Shown piece after piece: positions 18,954 to 25,336 of a DNA stretch of 64,000 nt (its first letter is position 1; each line of letters opens with the position of its first letter). The position numbers and the translations under genes are program-made. The DNA lies in the NCBI GenBank assembly GCA_039794085.1, contig JBDIWC010000004.1, positions 32,001-96,000 of the forward strand, given 5' to 3'. The notes under the pieces are model-generated. The model worked only from the letters and a program-made list of their open reading frames with translations, did not search any database and had not been told where the DNA came from. The DNA comes from Gemmatimonadales bacterium (GTDB lineage Bacteria; Gemmatimonadota; Gemmatimonadetes; Gemmatimonadales; GWC2-71-9).

Positions 18954-19445
18954 ATGAAAACGATGCATCTGTGGGCCGGAGCCATTGCCCTCGCCGCCGT
19001 GATCCCCACCCCCGCGTCCGCGCAGCGCGTCCGTGCCGACGTGATCGTCGCCACGGGTCCCGTCGCAGCCCGGGTCGCGATCGGGTCGCCCCGGGTTTAC
19101 GAACGGGTCATCGTGCATTCGCCCCGCCGGCTCAAGGTCCAGCGCTATCGTGCCGATCATCGGTATGACCATCGGGTTATTCGGGAAGTGGTGTACTACG
19201 ATCCCCACCGGGACCGGTTCTACGATGGCTACCGGAGCGGTTTCCACCGGGTGGAGGTGTATCGGGTCGGTGGCAGGTACTACCGTCACTGGGATCGGCG
19301 GGAATGGACCCGGTATGAGCGGCGCCACGATCGCTACGACCGCCGGGATCGTTACGATGATCGCCACGATGATCGCCGATTCGACCGGGATGACCGTCGA
19401 GGCGACCGCCGGGATGGTCGAGACCGGGCTCGGCGCCGGAACTGA
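18954..19445 (+). CDS. Secreted Arg/Asp/Tyr/His-rich hypothetical protein
   Basis: AAGGAG SD, signal peptide ending ASA|Q, low-complexity DRR repeats. Confidence 0.8.
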   Translation: MKTMHLWAGAIALAAVIPTPASAQRVRADVIVATGPVAARVAIGSPRVYERVIVHSPRRLKVQRYRADHRYDHRVIREVVYYDPHRDRFYDGYRSGFHRVEVYRVGGRYYRHWDRREWTRYERRHDRYDRRDRYDDRHDDRRFDRDDRRGDRRDGRDRARRRN

Positions 19446-19590
19446 CGAGGAGGAGACCCACGGCCGGAGGACGCATCTCCGGTCGCCCCGGTGCGGGGGC
19501 ACCGGGAACACATCTGAGCCGACGGCCCCGCCTCTTCGGGGCTCTGATCCCCACCTGTTGGCTCATAAACCCTGGCGCCCCGCCGGGGTT

Positions 19591-19621
19591 CGAACGACCT
19601 CTCCGGAGGTCGTTTGTCTTT
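19591..19621 (+). terminator. Intrinsic terminator-like hairpin
   Basis: cgaacgacctc-tccg-gaggtcgtttg followed by a short T-rich tail. Confidence 0.6.
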
Positions 19622-19622
19622 C

Positions 19623-19703
19623 GGAAGTTGGAGGTTGGAAGTTTGAAGTTGGAAGGAGGAATCAGAATGACCACTTCGCACCCTTCGAACTTCGAACTTC
19701 AAG
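19623..19703. repeat. Inverted heptamer arrays (GGAAGTT)n / (CTTCGAA)n between convergent genes
   Basis: ggaagtt ggaggtt ggaagtt tgaagtt (19623-19650) and cttcgaa x2 cttcaag (19683-19703), the latter overlapping the usher-like stop. Confidence 0.8.
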
Positions 19704-22284
19704 ACGGCGTGAGGACGATTGTCAGGTTGGAAACGGTGTCGCCGTCGCGATCGGGGCGGAGCACGAAGGTGGCCTGGGTGGCGGTGGCGCCGAGCGCGGC
19801 GAGGGACTCCGGGTCGGCGAGGGCGTCGTAGCGTCCGGGCCGGATTCCCATGGCGTAGAAGGATCCATCGGTGAACGTGAGGAGGGAGTAGACTCCCCCC
19901 GTATCACGGTTTCTGAGGAGGACCCGGACTCCCGCAACGCCCGTGGGCCCCACCGGTGTGCTCCGCGTCACCCGTCCCTCGACCACTCCGCCCGGGAGCA
20001 CGGGGATGTCGACAGCCCGGTACCCGTTCGGTGCCGCTTCAACGCTCGCGGACGAGAAGGCCGGGGTCCAGAGCGGAGACGGGAGGGAAAGGGAGTCGAC
20101 CACGAGGAGCGTCGGCTCCCACGGCGTGAGATCCCAGGCCCGGTATTGACCCCGGGAATCGGTCGTGACGGACCGGAATCCGACGCGGACCCGGACGCCC
20201 GGGAGGCCTTCCTCCCCCGGGTCGAGGGCGCCGTTGCCGTTCAGGTCGAGAAAGACTCGTCCCGCCACGCCGGCGCGTTCCACCGATGGGTTGGTGGCAA
20301 AGCTGACGGCCCGGGACGAGCGGGCCTGCATCGAGCCCTGGATGAAGTGAGATCCCGAGGTGCCGGTCTCGGTGGAGGTGACCACATTGGTGGAGCGGAA
20401 TCCGGGCAGTTCGGTCGTGAGGGTCATGGCCAGTGCCGTTCCGGTTTCCCGGCGCCAGGAGATGCCGGTCTCTATCCGCCACCGCGCGAAGGAGCGGGAC
20501 ACGAACCCGGCCAGGGTCCGGACTCGGCTGGTTCCGTCGGTTTCGACCGTGGCGCGGGAGGTGAGCGCACCCAGGATCGGGCCCAGGGAGGGAGAACCGA
20601 GTGTGATCGTGTTGAGGCTCAACACGGTGCGGGTCGCCGAGGGTGCCCCGCTGGCCGCGCTCCGTTCCAGCCGCACGGCGGGGAGGAATCGGGTTCCCCC
20701 CGACTGGGCCGAAAAGCCGAGGCGGAGGCCTTCGGTGCGGCCCTCGATCCCCGTGGTCCGGTCATAACTCCCCTCGACGAACACCGCCTCCCACGAGGCG
20801 ACGGGTCGGAAGAAGGCCTGCGCCGTCCACTGGCTCCGGCGTCCCTCCGGGGTGAGGAGAGGATCGACCACCTCGTCGTCGAACGTGGCGGCCTCGACGG
20901 AGAGTCGGAGCTCGGTGGAGGGCTCATAGCTGACCTGCCCCCGGGTGAAGGCATCCTGAACCACCTCCCCCCGGAGGCCGAGGGCTCCGAAACTTCCGGT
21001 GACGGCGGCGTAGGGATGAATGAGGTCGGCCAGGGTGTCGCGCGAGAAGTGATCCAGACCGGCCTGGAGGGACCAGCGGGGGCTCAGGCCATAGCGAAGG
21101 TCGACATTCCCGGTGAGGTCGCATCGGTCGGTGCGGCAGGCCCCGAGGGAGGCCCCATACTCGAAGCGTCGGGACGGCAGCTGATCGTGCAGGACGCGGT
21201 ACGTCTGGTTGAACTCGCGGATTTCACCGAAGGGACCGTAGGCGACGAAGTCCACCGGGTTCTCGCCGTACTGAATCGGGACGTCGACGGAGAACTGGCC
21301 CAGGGCGTTCACCGAATCGTAGGATACGAGACGGCCTCCGCGATACGCTTCGACCTGCCACCCGGGACCCAAGACCCCGGCGAAGGGGATGCTGCCGATG
21401 CCGGGGTCGCGCAGGTAGGGGGCGTTGGTCACCGAGATCCCTCGGCTGGATCGGGCGCGAGGACCGGTGGCGAAGGCGTCACCCACCTTGAGCTGCGTCA
21501 GGTAGCGGTTGTCTCTCCACACCCCGGACCAGTTGGCTTCGGTCCGGATACCGCGGGACTGCTGGTTGGCCAGGGACAAGCGGAAGGATCCCCCGAGAAC
21601 GCCCACGCCGAGTCCCGCGCTCCAGGCCCCGGTCTGGAAGAGATCCTCCGAGGGGGTGAGGACCGAGTAGTCGAGAACGACCCCCCCGATTCCTGACCGG
21701 TCGACATCGAGCGTGAGGTCGGGGGATACCCCGTCCTGGCCCCCGGTGAACGAGCGCCGGAGCTGCTCCCGGCGCATCCGCCGTCCCACCGGCAGCTTGT
21801 CGGGATCGAGCACGGTGACCTGCAATGCGGCCCAATCGACATCGATGGCCACCCCCAGCGCACGGGCCAGGACCGCGGCGTCCAGGAAGAGCTCTCCCCC
21901 TTGCCATCCCGACTGCCGGGCCGACACGGGGATCCGGGTCCGGCCCACAGTGAGCATGGAATCACTCAGGGAGTACCGCCCCTCGGTGTTCCCGGGTTGG
22001 AGTGTGAAGGTGACGATCCCGTCCGGCGCCAGGCGATAGTGGATCTCCGCCAGGGTGAAGAACACCGAGGTGGGAAGCAACGCCATGTCGTCGATGCGGT
22101 GGGCCTGGACGACCGCTCCGAGGAGGCGCCCGAACTGCAACTGGATGATGGCCGGGTCCTCGGGCAGCGAATCGCCCGGTGCAGGCAGGGTATCACGGAT
22201 GGGCGCCGGGACGGCATCGGCGCGCCGGGGGGCGGCGATGGCGCACAGGACCATCCACGGGAGAACCAGCCAGCGGCGTCGCAT
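19699..22284 (-). CDS. Outer-membrane fimbrial usher-like protein with C-terminal SdrD-B / carboxypeptidase-regulatory-like Ig domains
   Basis: Signal peptide; amphipathic beta strands; plug-like GENPVDFVAYGPFGE; GRVFLDLNGNGALDPGEEGLPGV; last gene of a pilin-chaperone operon. Confidence 0.75.
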   Translation of the reverse strand: MRRRWLVLPWMVLCAIAAPRRADAVPAPIRDTLPAPGDSLPEDPAIIQLQFGRLLGAVVQAHRIDDMALLPTSVFFTLAEIHYRLAPDGIVTFTLQPGNTEGRYSLSDSMLTVGRTRIPVSARQSGWQGGELFLDAAVLARALGVAIDVDWAALQVTVLDPDKLPVGRRMRREQLRRSFTGGQDGVSPDLTLDVDRSGIGGVVLDYSVLTPSEDLFQTGAWSAGLGVGVLGGSFRLSLANQQSRGIRTEANWSGVWRDNRYLTQLKVGDAFATGPRARSSRGISVTNAPYLRDPGIGSIPFAGVLGPGWQVEAYRGGRLVSYDSVNALGQFSVDVPIQYGENPVDFVAYGPFGEIREFNQTYRVLHDQLPSRRFEYGASLGACRTDRCDLTGNVDLRYGLSPRWSLQAGLDHFSRDTLADLIHPYAAVTGSFGALGLRGEVVQDAFTRGQVSYEPSTELRLSVEAATFDDEVVDPLLTPEGRRSQWTAQAFFRPVASWEAVFVEGSYDRTTGIEGRTEGLRLGFSAQSGGTRFLPAVRLERSAASGAPSATRTVLSLNTITLGSPSLGPILGALTSRATVETDGTSRVRTLAGFVSRSFARWRIETGISWRRETGTALAMTLTTELPGFRSTNVVTSTETGTSGSHFIQGSMQARSSRAVSFATNPSVERAGVAGRVFLDLNGNGALDPGEEGLPGVRVRVGFRSVTTDSRGQYRAWDLTPWEPTLLVVDSLSLPSPLWTPAFSSASVEAAPNGYRAVDIPVLPGGVVEGRVTRSTPVGPTGVAGVRVLLRNRDTGGVYSLLTFTDGSFYAMGIRPGRYDALADPESLAALGATATQATFVLRPDRDGDTVSNLTIVLTPS

Positions 22285-22288
22285 CGGA

Positions 22289-23125
22289 TCAGGGGAGGCG
22301 GAGGGTCCAGCGGTGGAGGACGGGCTCCGCAGGCAGGGGAACCTCGCGGGGGAGGTCGGCCCGTTCCGTGGCGAACTCCAGCTCCAGCACATACCCTCCG
22401 GGGGCGAGGCCGACGACGGGCAGCGTGATCCGCGGAGAAAGATCCCGATAGACCGCGATCGGCGTGCTGAGGGTACCGATCGTGGCGCCCGCCGAGTTGC
22501 GCAGGGCCCCCCGAATGGTTCCGAGCCAGGCCCCGCTGCCTCTTTGCCGGAGCGCCGGCCGGAGCACGAGGGAATCCCCCTCGACCGACCATGATCCGTC
22601 CGCCACGGCGAGGCGGGTGACCACCGTACCCTTCCGGTACAGAATGGGAAGGAGGGTCCGGACTTCCATCGTGAGCCCGACCGTGATCCCCGAGCTGTCA
22701 CCCACGCCGGACACCGGCACGCTCCCCCCGCGGGCGGTCACCAGCAACCGGGCCCAGTATTCACCGTCGGCCAGGGTGGCTGGCGGGCGTCCCAGCAGCC
22801 GCACAGTTTGCCGCTGACCCGGGGCCACCCGAAGCCGGCGTGGGAAGGCCTGGATCCATCCAGCCGCCGTGGGCCAGGTGGAATCGGGCTGTTCCGGAGA
22901 GTAGAGCTGGAGGTTCCCGAGGGAGTCGGAAATCGGGACCCCGAAGAGCGTGGAGATCTCGACTTCGGCCGCCTCGGTGCCCGGGTTGTAGAGCTCGATG
23001 GCGGTACCCCGTGCCCGGTGATTGATCACGATCTGGTGGGGGGCAATGAGAACGCCTTGGGAGTGGACCGGCTCAGTCGGTGTTGCGAGGGGGGCGAGCC
23101 CGAGGGCGAGCGCGATCCGGATCAG
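22289..23125 (-). CDS. PapD-like periplasmic pilus chaperone
   Basis: IAPHQIVI, IELYNPG, FPRRLRVAPGQRQTVRL, LADGEY, LPILYRKG; start apparently CTG overlapping the upstream TGA. Confidence 0.78.
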   Translation of the reverse strand: MIRIALALGLAPLATPTEPVHSQGVLIAPHQIVINHRARGTAIELYNPGTEAAEVEISTLFGVPISDSLGNLQLYSPEQPDSTWPTAAGWIQAFPRRLRVAPGQRQTVRLLGRPPATLADGEYWARLLVTARGGSVPVSGVGDSSGITVGLTMEVRTLLPILYRKGTVVTRLAVADGSWSVEGDSLVLRPALRQRGSGAWLGTIRGALRNSAGATIGTLSTPIAVYRDLSPRITLPVVGLAPGGYVLELEFATERADLPREVPLPAEPVLHRWTLRLP

Positions 23126-23586
23126 AAGACGGTGACGGTCAGCAGAGCCGTGGCGGTGTAGGCGCCCGGCGCCTGGGTTCCGGCCGGCGTCACACGCCCG
23201 CCAAGAAAGATGAAGAATCGTCCGCTGGTGATGAGGCGGAAGTTCTGAGCGGCCTGGGGATTGAAGGTGACCGGTGTTGCCCCGGGAGCGTCGCTCACTG
23301 CGATGGCATCGTTGTTCCCGAAGGTGACCGGCATCTGGTTGCCCCCGGAGGCCGTCAGCTGGGTGGGCAGGGTCAACCGAACCCGAACCCGGTCCCCCTG
23401 TTGGGCCGAGACCTCCCACATTCCGCTTCGAACGGGATCCGATGGTGAAACGATGGTCTGGATTCCGGGAATGACATTCCCAAACGCCAGGTCGCGGACT
23501 CCGACCACGCCGACTTGCGCCCGGAGCGATCCGGCGGTACAAGTCAGAAAGAGGACGAGAAACGGGAAGCGTGGTGCCCATGGCAT
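23122..23586 (-). CDS. Minor pilin, DUF4402/Csu-like
   Basis: Signal peptide LRA|Q; DLAFGNVIPG; FFIFLGG; C-terminal GAYTATALLTVTVF; paralog of 23664-24146. Confidence 0.8.
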   Translation of the reverse strand: MPWAPRFPFLVLFLTCTAGSLRAQVGVVGVRDLAFGNVIPGIQTIVSPSDPVRSGMWEVSAQQGDRVRVRLTLPTQLTASGGNQMPVTFGNNDAIAVSDAPGATPVTFNPQAAQNFRLITSGRFFIFLGGRVTPAGTQAPGAYTATALLTVTVF

Positions 23587-23610
23587 TCAGGTCTCCAGGC
23601 TGGGGCGCGG

Positions 23611-23644
23611 TCACGCCGGACAAAGATAGTCCTTGCCGGCGCGA
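23611..23644 (-). promoter_or_regulatory. Intercistronic stem-loop after the major pilin gene
   Basis: tcacgccgg ... ccggcgcga, 9-bp inverted repeat (one G-U). Confidence 0.5.
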
Positions 23645-23663
23645 CGCGATCCCGAGCGGTGGC

Positions 23664-24146
23664 TCAGTAGATCACCGTGAGGGTGACGGTGCCCGTGTAG
23701 GTGCCGAGCGCCTGAGCGGCCCCGGGGCTTACCGTGGCCCCAATGAAGACGAACAGGTTCCCGCCAGCGCTCGTCGTGGCAGGAGTGTTCCCGCCCGACG
23801 GAGTGAAGCCCGTGCCGGTGGCGCTGTTCGTGGTGTTCCAGTTCCCGGTCCAGGATCCGATCGGGAGGTTGTTGCCGCCATTGGTGAGGTTGGCCGGCAG
23901 CGTGAAGCTCATGTTGACCCCGGTGCTCGGGGAGCCGGTGACGTCGAAACGGCCCGCCGCCGCGTTGGTCGCGTCAATCGTGGACGGGACCCCCTGAATG
24001 ACGTTACCGAAGTCGAGATCCTGAGCACCCGCGACCGTGATCGGTACCTGGACGTTGGCGGTCACGTTGATGGTCTGGGCCCCGGCCGTCCCCGCCAGAC
24101 TCAAGAATCCGGCGAGGAGTACCGACACTGTCTTCATGGAACGCAT
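23664..24146 (-). CDS. Major pilin, DUF4402/Csu-like
   Basis: GGAG SD; signal peptide AGA|Q; DLDFGNV; T/G/N-rich; C-terminal GTYTGTVTLTVIY. Confidence 0.85.
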   Translation of the reverse strand: MRSMKTVSVLLAGFLSLAGTAGAQTINVTANVQVPITVAGAQDLDFGNVIQGVPSTIDATNAAAGRFDVTGSPSTGVNMSFTLPANLTNGGNNLPIGSWTGNWNTTNSATGTGFTPSGGNTPATTSAGGNLFVFIGATVSPGAAQALGTYTGTVTLTVIY

Positions 24147-24233
24147 TGCTTGTCTCCGTTGTTGTGGTTGATGGTTTCAGGTTGCTCTTGTTGGACATCG
24201 GGGGAGGTGACGCTCCCACGCAACAGCGGAGCA

Positions 24234-24249
24234 AGCAATCGGCATGCCA
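24234..24249 (-). promoter_or_regulatory. Sigma54 (-24/-12) promoter of the pilus operon
   Basis: Minus strand TGGCATGCCGATTGCT, near consensus TGGCAC-N5-TTGCW. Confidence 0.85.
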
Positions 24250-24267
24250 CGCAGGAGATTGCATTGT

Positions 24268-24360
24268 CTGGTGTCGCAATACCCTGCGAACCTTGACGGG
24301 AGGCATTGGCGTAAGTCATTAGCATAATTGCTGTTATGTCGGTTTTTCACTGGTGTCGCA
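24268..24360. promoter_or_regulatory. Candidate upstream activator / IHF region
   Basis: 11-bp direct repeat CTGGTGTCGCA at 24268 and 24350 flanking AT-rich TAAGTCATTAGCATAATT. Confidence 0.45.
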
Positions 24361-24385
24361 TATTTGGCCAGAGACCGGGGTGTCC

Positions 24386-24790
24386 GTGACCAGACAATCA
24401 GCTTCCTTCGCATGGTGCGGCACCGTCGGAAACGGGAATGCGGCGGTCGGAATCGCGCTCCTTCTCGTCGGGCTGATCCTTGGGCCCGAGGCGGTCGCAG
24501 CACAGGGCCGTCTCGAGGCTCGGGCCACGGTGATATCCGCCTCCGCCGCGCGGGAAGGGCTCACCCTCTCGGACTCGGTCACCCGGGTCGGCTTCACGAC
24601 GGACACTTCGATCACCAGGCGGAGAGTCGACGGTCCCCTCACCTCCCTCTTCTGGTATCCCGCTGCAGTCCAGCTGCAGGAACACCCTCTCTCCGCCCCC
24701 CATCCCGTCCGAACCGACCTCGTGAGCTCTCCCCGCCCCCGGACAGCCCGGGTGGCTCGCGTCCTGGAAATCCACTACCTTCGGAACTGA
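24386..24790 (+). CDS. Secreted hypothetical protein with pilin-like termini
   Basis: Hydrophobic signal ending VAA|Q; GRLEARATVIS N-terminus; VLEIHY near the C-terminus; start uncertain. Confidence 0.55.
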   Translation: MTRQSASFAWCGTVGNGNAAVGIALLLVGLILGPEAVAAQGRLEARATVISASAAREGLTLSDSVTRVGFTTDTSITRRRVDGPLTSLFWYPAAVQLQEHPLSAPHPVRTDLVSSPRPRTARVARVLEIHYLRN

Positions 24791-24850
24791 TCGTGACCGG
24801 CCGCCCGGTGGTTCTGGCGGCTCCCTGTCCCCATCCGTTCCGAGTCGAAA

Positions 24851-25336
24851 ATGCACGCCCGTACATTCATCTCCGTCACGCTGCCTTTCCTGCTGGTGGC
24901 TCCCCCCGCTCGTGATGCCCTCGCCCAGCAGACGCCCGACCTGTCGGGTCGATGGGTGCTCGACGTGGCCCGCAGCAATTTTGGCGACGCGCCCGGTCCC
25001 GTGGCCCAGATGGATGAGATCGACCAGGTCGGCACCACGCTGACGATTCATCGAACTCGCGACATCGGGGAGGGTCCGGTTCCCTCCCGCTTCGTCTATC
25101 AGATCGGGGGAGACGCCACCCGGCACGAGGTCGGGGGTCAGATCACGATGACGACCACCCGGTGGGATGGTTCGGTGCTCCAGCTCCACTCCGTGATCCA
25201 GATGCCCGACGCGCAGGCCGAGGTGTTGGACCGGATGAGCCTCTCCGCCGACCGGTCGCAGCTGACGATTCAGCGCACCATCCGGATCGCCGGAATGGCG
25301 GAGGTGGCGCAGACCCTCGTCATGACCCGGCATTGA
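24851..25336 (+). CDS. Secreted hypothetical protein (lipocalin-like beta barrel)
   Basis: Signal peptide; PDLSGRWVLD..RS motif. Confidence 0.72.
   Translation: MHARTFISVTLPFLLVAPPARDALAQQTPDLSGRWVLDVARSNFGDAPGPVAQMDEIDQVGTTLTIHRTRDIGEGPVPSRFVYQIGGDATRHEVGGQITMTTTRWDGSVLQLHSVIQMPDAQAEVLDRMSLSADRSQLTIQRTIRIAGMAEVAQTLVMTRH

Noticed and set aside
19573..19596. Minus-strand GTTCGAACCCCGGCGGGGCGCCA resembling a tRNA 3' end / att site
   Set aside because: T-stem 5' arm does not pair, acceptor spacing is 1 nt short, no integrase nearby
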